Shown piece by piece: positions 20,399 to 29,635 of a stretch of 64,000 bases of DNA. The stretch spans positions 2,592,001-2,656,000 of the forward strand of contig OZ244170.1 of the NCBI GenBank assembly GCA_965216565.1, written 5' to 3'. A program made the position numbers and the translations under genes. Numbering within the stretch: position 1 is the first letter of the stretch; each line of letters starts with the position of its first letter. The notes below the pieces were generated by a model that did not search any database, was not told where the DNA came from, and saw nothing but the letters and a program-made list of their open reading frames with translations. Source of the stretch: Bythopirellula sp. (GTDB taxonomy: Bacteria > Planctomycetota > Planctomycetia > Pirellulales > Lacipirellulaceae).

Positions 20399-20478
20399 CG
20401 CTGAGTGGCGTCATTCAGAATTAAAACAGTTCACAATATCAACAAACATTACTTATAGTTCGAAACAGGGAGCATGTC

Positions 20479-22938
20479 ATGGGTCTTCAATCAGCATTAA
20501 CGACCGCCTTAACCGGTCTGCAAGCCGCCGAAACCACGATCGATGTGATTGGCAATAACGTTGCCAACTCTCAGACGGTTGGCTTCAAGGAATCGGACGC
20601 GGTGTTTGCCACGCAGTTTTTGCAAACGATCAGCATCGGTGCGGCTCCCAGCACCAACTCCGGCGGCACCAACCCTCGTCAAATTGGTTTGGGTGTGAAG
20701 GTCGCAGAGATCTCTCCCAATTTCACGCAGGGTACGATCGAAATTAGCTCGAACCCGCTGGATGTGGCCATTCAAGGCGACGGATTCTTGATCGTGCAGT
20801 CGGGTACCAGCCGACTCTACACACGCAACGGACAGTTGAAACTCAACGCCGAGAACGAAATCACCACTCCCACCGGCCAGCGGTTGCTGGGTTATGGGGT
20901 GAATGATGACTATGAGATTCAGACCGATACGTTGGTGCCGCTCACGATTCCAGTCGGCGAAGAGCGGGTCGCCCAACAAACAAGTCTGGCCAACTTTAGT
21001 GGTGTGCTCAATCCATCCGTTGATTTAGGGGCGACGCCCTCGATATCTCAGTCAGTTGTGCTTGGTGATGGATCGGTTGAACAACCTGTCGCTGCTGATC
21101 CGGCCATTCTAGGCGACAATGAGCTTCTGGAAGCGGCAACACCACAGGCAGGTCTTGTGACGGCAGATACATCGTCTGCCACACTCCCCGGACCGGGAGC
21201 AGCAGTAGTTAACTATCGGTTCGTCTACCTAGATGACAATCTGACCGAACCGCAGGAAGGAAACGTCTCAATCGAGCGGTCGATTGACAACACTGACGGT
21301 GCGGGAGAAATCTTGCTTGAAGATTTGCCTCAGCAGTCGGGGACCGCTTGGACCGGCATTGCCATTTACAGGCAAGACCCGGCTAGCAGCGACTACTTTC
21401 TAGTTGGAAACACAACCAGCACTAGCTTTACGGACAACGTCGACGATGCCACACTCGTTACGAATCAAGAACTCGATGAGAGCATTATCGACGGAGGTAG
21501 CTATAGCTACTACATCACCTACTACAATTCGACCGAGTTTATCGAAACCCGACCCTCTGTCAGAGTTGGGCCGGTGACATTGGACGAGCCTGGGAGCAAG
21601 ATTCGTCTCGATTTCTCCGATCTTGCTCCGCCTAACGACGTGGGTTTCGATCAAATTCGTATCTACCGAAATACCTCGGACGACACATCACGATTCTATC
21701 GAGTGGATACAGACATCGATCCCATCGACATCTCAGCAACGAGCTATGTCGACAATACGCCAGATTCCACGATCCTTCTCCAAGACGAAGAGATCAATCT
21801 AGATGGTCCTCCTTCGCAAAATGACACGCTACTGTCCGACTTGGTTGTCCGAAGTGGCGAAACATATATAAACGATTTGTTTAGCGAGGGAACGCTTACC
21901 TTCCGTGCTGAGAAAGATGGAGTTGATATAGATCCTAAGACTCTCGATATCACGGCAACAACGACCGTGCTAGATTTAACTACATTCATTGAAGACGCCT
22001 TGGGTATCGATGAAGAGTCACAGACTGAAACGCCATTTCCAACCGCTGGTAATGTCGAATTGATCGACGGTCAAATTCGCATTACTAGCAATCTGGGTGA
22101 GGAAAATGCAATCGAAATCCCACCCGCAGCATTCCGATTTCAAGCGGCCGGCGAAGTTTCTTCCGATTCGCTTGATATTTCCTTTACCGAAACGCAAGTT
22201 GCCGATGGGCCAGGCACATCAACTGAGCTGGTCGTTTACGATTCTCTAGGTTTGCCACTAAACGTAAGGATTACGACCGTACTAGAGGAGAAAAACTCTA
22301 ATACGACCGTTTATCGCTGGTACGCGACCAGCGGTAGCAACGAGCCACTTTCACCAGATCAAACCACCGTGGTTGGAGACGGACGCCTTGTGTTCGATAG
22401 TAATGGCGATCTGATCAATGCTGATCAGAACCAAATTAGCGTACAGCGGAATACGACAGCTTCTGAATCCCCATTGGGAATCGAACTCAACTTCAACCAG
22501 GTAAAAGCACTCGGCGAAACCGATGCCCAGGGCAATCCCATCAGTTCGCTGAACTTTACCAGCCAGGACGGTTTTCCACCGGGTGTGTTGACCGATTTTA
22601 TCATTACCGACGATGGCCTTATCCAGGGTCAGTTCAGCAATGGTACGCAGCGGGCCGTGGGGCAGCTTGTGATGGCACGGTTTGCTAATAACTCTGGTCT
22701 GCAACAAGTGGGCGACAGTTTATTCAATGTTGGTGTGAACTCTGGCGAGCCGATTTTCGGTGCTCCCGGTGAGGAGGGCATCGGCACACTCACCGCCGGT
22801 GCGGTCGAGCTTTCCAATACCGACATCGGTCAGAACCTGATCGAGTTGATCTTGGCCTCCACCCAGTATCGAGGTGGCGCGCGGGTCATTACGGCTACCC
22901 AAGAATTGCTCGATGAGCTCTTGGCTCTTCAGAGATAG
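20479..22938 (+). CDS. flgE: Flagellar hook protein FlgE (large, 819 aa)
   Basis: GNNVANSQTVGFK, NPRQIGLGV, DVAIQGDGF, YTRNG, C-terminal VELSNTDIGQNLIELILASTQYRGGARVIT. Confidence 0.95.
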   Translation: MGLQSALTTALTGLQAAETTIDVIGNNVANSQTVGFKESDAVFATQFLQTISIGAAPSTNSGGTNPRQIGLGVKVAEISPNFTQGTIEISSNPLDVAIQGDGFLIVQSGTSRLYTRNGQLKLNAENEITTPTGQRLLGYGVNDDYEIQTDTLVPLTIPVGEERVAQQTSLANFSGVLNPSVDLGATPSISQSVVLGDGSVEQPVAADPAILGDNELLEAATPQAGLVTADTSSATLPGPGAAVVNYRFVYLDDNLTEPQEGNVSIERSIDNTDGAGEILLEDLPQQSGTAWTGIAIYRQDPASSDYFLVGNTTSTSFTDNVDDATLVTNQELDESIIDGGSYSYYITYYNSTEFIETRPSVRVGPVTLDEPGSKIRLDFSDLAPPNDVGFDQIRIYRNTSDDTSRFYRVDTDIDPIDISATSYVDNTPDSTILLQDEEINLDGPPSQNDTLLSDLVVRSGETYINDLFSEGTLTFRAEKDGVDIDPKTLDITATTTVLDLTTFIEDALGIDEESQTETPFPTAGNVELIDGQIRITSNLGEENAIEIPPAAFRFQAAGEVSSDSLDISFTETQVADGPGTSTELVVYDSLGLPLNVRITTVLEEKNSNTTVYRWYATSGSNEPLSPDQTTVVGDGRLVFDSNGDLINADQNQISVQRNTTASESPLGIELNFNQVKALGETDAQGNPISSLNFTSQDGFPPGVLTDFIITDDGLIQGQFSNGTQRAVGQLVMARFANNSGLQQVGDSLFNVGVNSGEPIFGAPGEEGIGTLTAGAVELSNTDIGQNLIELILASTQYRGGARVITATQELLDELLALQR

Positions 22939-22966
22939 GTTGAGAATGATCATCGCAACTCAAAGT

Positions 22967-23007
22967 CCCCTCCCCTAACCCCTCCCCCGAGAACGGGAGA
23001 GAAGGAA
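22967..23007. repeat. CCCCTCCCCTAACCCCTCCC...GGGAGAG-type intergenic palindromic repeat
   Basis: CCCCTCCCCTAACCCCTCCCCCGAGAACGGGAGAGAAGGAA between flgE and flbD; single copy in the window. Confidence 0.45.
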
Positions 23008-23046
23008 TTGGTGGAGCGGTCCATGACTAAACTTCGGAACTAAATC

Positions 23047-23259
23047 ATGATTAAGCTCACGCGACTCGATGGAGAGGCATTCGTCCTGAATGCGGATCTC
23101 ATTAAATACGTCGAACAGCGTCCAGATACGTTCATTACCTTGACGCTAGGGGACAGAATTGTGGTGAAGGAATCTCCCGATGAGGTGATGGAGTTGACCA
23201 TCGAATATCAACGCAGCAAACGCTTAGTACCGGAAAGTGCCCAGAGATTCAGGGCCTAG
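23047..23259 (+). CDS. flbD: Flagellar FlbD/SwrD family protein
   Basis: MIKLTRLDGEAFVLNADLIKYVEQRPDTFITLTLGDRIVVKESPDEV. Confidence 0.93.
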   Translation: MIKLTRLDGEAFVLNADLIKYVEQRPDTFITLTLGDRIVVKESPDEVMELTIEYQRSKRLVPESAQRFRA

Positions 23260-23488
23260 GCGGGCGGTGCTGTCGATTGTGACGGTTGTAAGAAACGAAC
23301 CGCGAAAGTGACTGAAAAGATGCGACCCTCAGGACTGGGCAAGCTATGGTTGACGAGACCCACAGCAACCTACAAACACTAGAAAAGTAGCGGTGCGCGA
23401 CGCGCGGCTCTCTAGTGCCTAGACGACTTATTTTGAATTGGCGAAGACAAAGCACTCGTAATTGACCCAAATGGGTCGTGGCGAATCC

Positions 23489-24259
23489 ATGGACATTGCA
23501 ACATTAGCTGGCGTACTGACAGCCATGGGACTGATCTTAGTATCGATCGTTCTTGGTGGCGGATCGTTTGGTGCCTTCTTCGATGCCCCTTCGATGATGG
23601 TGGTAATCGGCGGAGCCATCGCCGCTACGCTGATTTCGTTTCCGCTGAAAAACTTTCTGAGCGTCTTTGGCGTCGGTATGAAAGTCTTGCTGTATAAACT
23701 CGACTCCATCCCGGCTCTAGTGGAAGAGATTGTTAGCCTCGCCGAAACGGCTCGCCGCGACGGGTTGCTGGCTCTGGAGGGGCGCATCGACGAAATCAAG
23801 AATCCGTTTATTGTCATGGGTGTTCAGATGGCCGTTGACGGGACGCGGCCCGAAGTAATGGAAGACATTCTGCGTACTGAACTCGACGCCGTGGCCACTC
23901 GGCATCGGGACGGAAAGGGCTTGCTCGATTGCATGGGCCGTTTTGCTCCTGCGTTTGGCATGATCGGTACCCTGATGGGTCTGATTATCATGCTCGGCGA
24001 CATGAGCGATCCCTCCAAGATTGGCCAGGGAATGGCCGTTGCATTGCTCACGACGCTCTATGGAGCGATTGCCTCGAACGTGGTTTTCTTGCCCTTTGCA
24101 GAGAAACTTGGATTCACCAATAAACAAGAACTGCTGGCGATGGAGATCATTGTCCGCGGGATCATGGCCATACAATCGGGCGAAAATCCGCGGGTCATCG
24201 AGCAGAAGCTCAACACCTTTGTTCCGCCCAAGTATCGCACCACCGAACAAGCTGCGTAG
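23489..24259 (+). CDS. motA: Flagellar stator protein MotA (PomA/MotP-like)
   Basis: ARRDGLLALE, APAFGMIGTLMGL, ALLTTLYG, IQSGENPR. Confidence 0.95.
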   Translation: MDIATLAGVLTAMGLILVSIVLGGGSFGAFFDAPSMMVVIGGAIAATLISFPLKNFLSVFGVGMKVLLYKLDSIPALVEEIVSLAETARRDGLLALEGRIDEIKNPFIVMGVQMAVDGTRPEVMEDILRTELDAVATRHRDGKGLLDCMGRFAPAFGMIGTLMGLIIMLGDMSDPSKIGQGMAVALLTTLYGAIASNVVFLPFAEKLGFTNKQELLAMEIIVRGIMAIQSGENPRVIEQKLNTFVPPKYRTTEQAA

Positions 24260-24301
24260 ACCATTCAGACCGAGTGCCGCGAGTACTCCAAAGGCTTAGC
24301 G

Positions 24302-25045
24302 ATGGCAATAGAAGAAGAACCAGAACCAGGCATACCCGAATGGGTGGTGACCTTCGGCGATATGATGTCGCTGTTGCTGACGTTCTTCATCATGCTTGTT
24401 TCAATGAGCGAGCTGAAGGAAGACGAAAAGTATCAGGCGATGGTGGAATCGATCCGCGAACAGTTTGGCCACGACATGACCATGGCTTCCATGGCACCAG
24501 GCGATAGCCGCCCACGCGGGGCGTACTCGCCCAATCCGGTTTACAGCATGGGTCGATCCAAAAAGATGGATCTAAAGACGGGCGGTCAGGAAGTGAAGGC
24601 TGCTGTGGGCGACCACGAACGCGTAAAAATCGTTCGTCCTGGCGAAGATTCAACGGCTGGCGGCGTCGTCCACTTCCCGGAGCACTCCACAGAGCTCACC
24701 GAGGAGAATCGACGCGACCTGCAACGTATTATCGAGCAGATCGCGGGCAAGCCACAGAAAATTGAAATCCGCAGCCATACGACTCGTCGGCCTGTGGAGA
24801 CCGATAGCGGCTTCCGCGACGAGTGGGACCTGGCCTACGCCCGATCGCGAAATGTCATGAAATTCTTGATCGAGCAAGATATTGATCCCGATCGCATTCG
24901 ATTGGGTCCAGCGGGGGCAGGCGAACCACTCTACAACGGGGTCGATCCAGACCGATTATTACGGAATTCACGGGTAGAAATCCTGATGTGGGACGAGCGA
25001 GTCCAAGACCTGGACCATAGCGAGCCGGTCGCACCGAATCCTTAA
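24302..25045 (+). CDS. motB: Flagellar stator protein MotB
   Basis: WVVTFGDMMSLLLTFFIML TM with conserved Asp; OmpA-like domain (WDLAYARS, NSRVEI). Confidence 0.93.
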   Translation: MAIEEEPEPGIPEWVVTFGDMMSLLLTFFIMLVSMSELKEDEKYQAMVESIREQFGHDMTMASMAPGDSRPRGAYSPNPVYSMGRSKKMDLKTGGQEVKAAVGDHERVKIVRPGEDSTAGGVVHFPEHSTELTEENRRDLQRIIEQIAGKPQKIEIRSHTTRRPVETDSGFRDEWDLAYARSRNVMKFLIEQDIDPDRIRLGPAGAGEPLYNGVDPDRLLRNSRVEILMWDERVQDLDHSEPVAPNP

Positions 25046-25145
25046 GCTAGAGTTGTGAGGAGATTATCGATCCTGCGGGTGGAGCAATCCACTTGGCACC
25101 GCACGAGGTTGCATCCTCGGAGAGCAAAGAGTCAAAGGACATAAC

Positions 25146-25733
25146 ATGGCAGAATCACCAGAACCCAATACCGATGCAGCGGATAGCGTAGCCCCGCCCA
25201 AAAAGCCAGGTTTGATGACACTGGTCAAAGCTGTGGCGTTCATTTCGGTGATCGTTCTCATCGAAATTGCATGTGCCTCGATGTTCTTCCCCTCTGAAGA
25301 AGAGACTGAGATCATTGCCGAGAAGTTAGCGGCGGCTGAGGCGGCGAAGGACCCTGAGCTGATGGAGGGTACCGAAACGGAAGAGGAAGATGCCGGTACG
25401 ATTGCCATGCGAGATATGCGAGAGGTACCTCTCGGGTCCTACCATGTGCCCACCTACAATCAGAAAACAGGTACAAGCCTGAACGTCGATTTCGAACTCT
25501 ACGGCACTGTGCTAGCAGACGAAGAGAGTGAGTTCTTTCATCTGTACGAGGCAAATCAGGTTCGCATCCGAGAGCAAGTTTTGGTAACTATCCGAAGTTC
25601 GGAACTTACTGATCTCACCGACTCGGGGTTGGGCTTGATCAAACGCAAGATTTTGGAGAAAACCAATCGAGCCCTAGGCAAACCGCTGCTGCACGAGGCA
25701 GTGTTTAGCGAATATTCATTCATTGAACGCTAA
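25146..25733 (+). CDS. fliL: Flagellar basal body-associated protein FliL
   Basis: N-terminal TM, RIREQVLVTIRS..LTD.GLGLIKRKILEKTNRALG...VFSEYSF; follows motB. Confidence 0.85.
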   Translation: MAESPEPNTDAADSVAPPKKPGLMTLVKAVAFISVIVLIEIACASMFFPSEEETEIIAEKLAAAEAAKDPELMEGTETEEEDAGTIAMRDMREVPLGSYHVPTYNQKTGTSLNVDFELYGTVLADEESEFFHLYEANQVRIREQVLVTIRSSELTDLTDSGLGLIKRKILEKTNRALGKPLLHEAVFSEYSFIER

Positions 25734-25826
25734 CCTAGAAAGCTCACGAAAGATCCACATCGTCGCAAGGAAGACACCGGGCGAAGAGCAAACTAACACT
25801 ACTCCTATTTGCTGAATGGAAATGCC

Positions 25827-26408
25827 ATGGCGGGCGAATCCGAAAATCTCGAACAAGACGATATCGAAGCACTCTTAAATGAAGGTCAAGACGAGGCCGC
25901 GCAGACGGAAGAGTCGCCTGCGGCAGTTTCGGACCAGGCGCCTAGCTTAGGTGCTGAGGCAGCGGGCGGTGCACCGAATGTTCAGCCAGCCTCGGACGGG
26001 GGTGCCGTTACGCAGAGTGATATCGAGCTGCTACTGAACAAGGCGGAGCAGGCCCTCGATTCCATCGACAACGCCGACCAAGATCCGTCGACGCTGCCAG
26101 CCGGTATCAAATCCTTCGAATTCGAGCCATTCTCTGGGACCGCCGCCAACAAAGAGTCGGCCACTCTGGAATTGATGAGCGATGTTCAGCTTGATATGAC
26201 AATCGAGCTAGGACGAACGCACATGCAGCTAGAAGACGTGCTGAAGCTCAAGCAAGGCTCCGTGGTGCCGCTGGATAAATTGGCTGGCGATCCTGCTGAT
26301 ATTTACGTGAACGGTCGCCTCGTTGCTCGGGGTGAAGTGCTCGTACTCAACGACAACTTCTGCATTCGCGTTGCAGAGCTTGTCGTCGGCGAATCTGCTT
26401 GTGCTTAG
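25827..26408 (+). CDS. fliN: Flagellar motor switch protein FliN with N-terminal extension
   Basis: SpoA domain LMSDVQLDMTIELGRT..GSVVPLDKLAGDPADIYVNGRLVARGEVLVLNDNFCIRV. Confidence 0.92.
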   Translation: MAGESENLEQDDIEALLNEGQDEAAQTEESPAAVSDQAPSLGAEAAGGAPNVQPASDGGAVTQSDIELLLNKAEQALDSIDNADQDPSTLPAGIKSFEFEPFSGTAANKESATLELMSDVQLDMTIELGRTHMQLEDVLKLKQGSVVPLDKLAGDPADIYVNGRLVARGEVLVLNDNFCIRVAELVVGESACA

Positions 26409-26447
26409 TGCTAGTGATTAGTCGTCGCCGCGAGCATGCACTTTCCA

Positions 26448-26523
26448 ATAGCCGGACCGCCACTGTCTATCCGCTGTGGTGGGCGGTCCGCCGCGCTCCG
26501 GAGGCAGGTGTGCCTCCGGCTAT
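26448..26523. repeat. TAGCCGGA two-hairpin repeat, copy 1
   Basis: ATAGCCGGACCGCC...GGCGGTCCG...CCGGAGGCAGGTGTGCCTCCGGCTAT; matches copies at 47600 and 49345. Confidence 0.85.
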
Positions 26524-26781
26524 CTGTGTGAACTCCGATTCAATTTCGCCATGCTGCGATAGCGCTTCCACCTCTTTGTGCTAGCACCTACCCGCAGGAT
26601 CTTTTTGACACGACGCTTCGTTGCACTCAGAAGTTGCCCGTTACTCTGCTAGCAGTCTGGGCATCTGTGGAATTGGCCTGTCGTCGTGCACTGGATATTT
26701 CCTATAAGCCGCATTGCGCAATTCCGCGCTAAACGTCCCTGGGGCGTTCGACGATCACTCCTCCGTCAGTTTGTTGCGGCC

Positions 26782-27585
26782 ATGCTCCAAAAACGCATTG
26801 CTAGTTCTACGAAACTCGCCGTCCCAGTTCTGGCTATTTTCTTAGCTGGCTGTTGGATTCCCTGCGCAATCGGTCAATCGACTCCCCCGACTCAGCGATT
26901 ACCAGGACAGCCGTTAATCGAATGGCACGCCGAGCCCAAGGCCTCGACGAACGCTGCGAGTGGGAGCACGGAGTTGACGGCTCCCCGATTTGACCCAACC
27001 GTTATCCCTGCGGCTCACTTGGCTGCAGATAAGCCTAACTCTTCTCCACAGAATCAGACCGCAGCGGAAAAGCCTGCCGACCCTCGACGGCTAGCGCCTT
27101 TCTCTGGAGTCCGCCCCCTAGACATCCCAGGCAGCCAGAACAAAGCCAATCTACTGGAAGATTCGCTTCCTCAAGTGGGATCGATGACGACTGCCGGTGC
27201 GGGACTGGCCATTGTCGTGGGATTGTTCCTGCTTTGTGCTTGGTTGTTCCGCAAGAGTGGCCCCAAACCCACAACTCCGCTGCCCAAAGATGCGGTTGCC
27301 GTCCTGGGGAGAGTTCCCCTGGCGAGCAATCACTTCGCCCACCTATTGAAGCTGGGAAACAAGCTAGTGTTGGTCTCGGTGAGTCCCGATAGCGTGTCGA
27401 CCCTTGCCGAAGTAAGCGACCCCGTGGAAGTGCAGAACCTCATGGCGCTCTGCATGCGGAACCATCAGCAAAGCACAACGGCCGAATTCCACCAGGTGCT
27501 GGAGCAACTTGCCGGCGAGCCAGCTCGCGGTTTTCTCGACACACCAGCAGCAGGTGCAACTCCGATTCGTCCAGGACGAACTTAA
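26782..27585 (+). CDS. fliO: Flagellar biosynthesis protein FliO/FliZ with N-terminal extension
   Basis: TM GAGLAIVVGLFLLCAWLFRK followed by VAVLGRVPL...HLLKLGNKLVLVSVSPDSVSTLAEV; position before fliP; start uncertain (26686-26782). Confidence 0.82.
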   Translation: MLQKRIASSTKLAVPVLAIFLAGCWIPCAIGQSTPPTQRLPGQPLIEWHAEPKASTNAASGSTELTAPRFDPTVIPAAHLAADKPNSSPQNQTAAEKPADPRRLAPFSGVRPLDIPGSQNKANLLEDSLPQVGSMTTAGAGLAIVVGLFLLCAWLFRKSGPKPTTPLPKDAVAVLGRVPLASNHFAHLLKLGNKLVLVSVSPDSVSTLAEVSDPVEVQNLMALCMRNHQQSTTAEFHQVLEQLAGEPARGFLDTPAAGATPIRPGRT

Positions 27586-27612
27586 ACACATCCGATAAGA
27601 GTCAACGGCGGC

Positions 27613-28464
27613 GTGAAAACAATCCCACTATCCTTAGCAACATTACTATGTGTCTTCATGACACTAGGTAGCGGTACGGCACTAGCCCAATCGGCAGTGT
27701 CGCCCACGGGGATTGGTGGATCTATCTTGCCAGAGTCGCTCGGAGGCCCCGAGCAATGGACCAGCCCTGAAGGGCTGTCTTCCACACTGCAAGTGATGTT
27801 GCTGCTGACGGTGATTAGCCTGGCTCCTGCCGTGCTGCTAATGACCACCAGTTTTATTCGCATCCTGGTAGTACTGGGACTATTGCGGCAGGCGCTTGGA
27901 ACGCAACAATTACCGCCCAGCCAAGTGATTACGTCCATTGCCTTGTTTATGACGGTGTTGTTGATGACGCCCGTGTGGACGGAGGTCTACGACGAGGCAA
28001 TCAAACCCTACACCGATAAAGAAATCAGCTTAGAAGTGGCTTGGCAACGCGGAACACTGCCAGTGCGCAAGTTCATGGCCCAGCAAATTCGCCGGGCGGA
28101 GAACGATGACGACGTCTATCTTTTTTTGCAGTACATGCCAGGCGAGTACGATTCGGAGTCGGGCGAATTGCCCGATTACGCCTACTTCGATCCTGAGGAA
28201 GGTGAAAGAATCGTCCCGTTGCAGGCATTACTACCCGCCTACATGCTTAGTGAGTTGAAGACCGCATTCTTGATCGGCTTCCAAGTTTATTTGCCATTTG
28301 TGATTCTCGACATCGTCGTTGCCAGCGTCACAATTTCGATGGGCATGTTGATGTTGCCCCCCGTCTTGATATCGCTCCCCTTCAAACTGCTACTCTTCGT
28401 ATTGGTGGATGGGTGGCGGTTAGTGGTGCAGATGTTGCTCGAGAGTTTCCAACTCGTCAGTTGA
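27613..28464 (+). CDS. fliP: Flagellar export gate protein FliP
   Basis: [59 protein letters not shown]. Confidence 0.97.
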   Translation: MKTIPLSLATLLCVFMTLGSGTALAQSAVSPTGIGGSILPESLGGPEQWTSPEGLSSTLQVMLLLTVISLAPAVLLMTTSFIRILVVLGLLRQALGTQQLPPSQVITSIALFMTVLLMTPVWTEVYDEAIKPYTDKEISLEVAWQRGTLPVRKFMAQQIRRAENDDDVYLFLQYMPGEYDSESGELPDYAYFDPEEGERIVPLQALLPAYMLSELKTAFLIGFQVYLPFVILDIVVASVTISMGMLMLPPVLISLPFKLLLFVLVDGWRLVVQMLLESFQLVS

Positions 28465-28501
28465 CGAATCGGCACCCATGCCATTGAGGAGAGCTGAACC
28501 C

Positions 28502-28768
28502 GTGTCACCCGAAGATGCAGTTGAATTAGGTCGACAGGCATTGATGATCGCTACTCTTGTGGCGGCACCTATTCTGCTAGCAGGCCTAGTGACCGGTTTG
28601 GTGATTGGGCTCATGCAAGCGCTCACGCAAATTCAGGAACAAACCGTTGCCTTCGTGCCGAAGCTAATCGCGATGGTTCTGGCGTTGGCCTTCGCCCTGC
28701 CCTGGATTCTGGCCAGACTCCTGGAATACTCCGAGACCCTGATCACAAACATACCCAACACCATTTAG
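28502..28768 (+). CDS. fliQ: Flagellar export gate protein FliQ
   Basis: QALTQIQEQTVAFVPKL; GTG 28502 has a GAGGAG RBS. Confidence 0.95.
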   Translation: MSPEDAVELGRQALMIATLVAAPILLAGLVTGLVIGLMQALTQIQEQTVAFVPKLIAMVLALAFALPWILARLLEYSETLITNIPNTI

Positions 28769-28819
28769 AAGCAAGGGAGCAGACTGGCAGCGCGTCCGGT
28801 GCTCGCCATCTACCAAACG

Positions 28820-29611
28820 ATGTCGTTTTTGGAATCCCTGCTGCTTAATCAGTTTGCCGTGTTCACTTTGGTACTGGGCCGGGTCGGGGGCTTGATCATG
28901 ACGGCTCCCATCTTTGGGACCCAGGCCGCACCGATGCGGGCAAGAGCTCTGATTGCCCTATCGATCACCTTGCTCATTTCGCCGCCTTTGGCTGCCAATG
29001 CTCCCACGGACATGACCAATCTGGTGATTTACGCCAAGTACATGGTCAACGAAGTGCTGGTCGGTGTGCTACTTGGCTTTGGTATTACGATGCTGCTTTC
29101 GGGCATCCAACTCACCGGGCAGATTGTCAGCCAGCTAAGCGGGACGGCTTTGTCTGACGTTTTTGATGCAACCATTCAAGACAACGTGTCGGTCTTTGCC
29201 CAAGTCTTCTATTTCCTGACGTTGGCGATATTTGTACTTCTCGGCGGTCATCGCATGATGATGGAAGCGCTGTTAGACACGTACCAATGGTTGCCGCCAG
29301 GAGCTGCAACTTTGGGTACAACCTATATCGATGCCCTAACATCGATACTAAGCCAGAGCTTTCTGCTCGGTATTCGTGCGGCCGCTCCGGCCATGACGGC
29401 GCTACTCCTCGCGACCCTCGTGCTAGGGCTCGTCGGGCGTACCCTTCCGCAAATCAATGTGCTGGCCGTCGGCTTTAGTGTGAATGCTTTACTCACCTTG
29501 GGTTGTCTCACACTCAGCATCGGCACGGTCATGTGGGCTTTTCCCCAACAGTGTGCCTCAGCCATCGATTTGCTAAGGCAAGCACTGCACGATTCGGCAC
29601 CCCTAGGTTAG
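28820..29611 (+). CDS. fliR: Flagellar export gate protein FliR
   Basis: LVLGRVGGLIMTAPIFG, LGGHRMMMEAL, GLVGRTLPQINVLAVGF. Confidence 0.95.
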   Translation: MSFLESLLLNQFAVFTLVLGRVGGLIMTAPIFGTQAAPMRARALIALSITLLISPPLAANAPTDMTNLVIYAKYMVNEVLVGVLLGFGITMLLSGIQLTGQIVSQLSGTALSDVFDATIQDNVSVFAQVFYFLTLAIFVLLGGHRMMMEALLDTYQWLPPGAATLGTTYIDALTSILSQSFLLGIRAAAPAMTALLLATLVLGLVGRTLPQINVLAVGFSVNALLTLGCLTLSIGTVMWAFPQQCASAIDLLRQALHDSAPLG

Positions 29612-29635
29612 TCCCACAGCGTCTAAGGAAGAATA

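Noticed and set aside
25093..25113. Sigma54 promoter before fliL (TTGGCACCGCACGAGGTTGCA)
   Set aside because: GG-to-GC spacing is 14 nt rather than the required 10.
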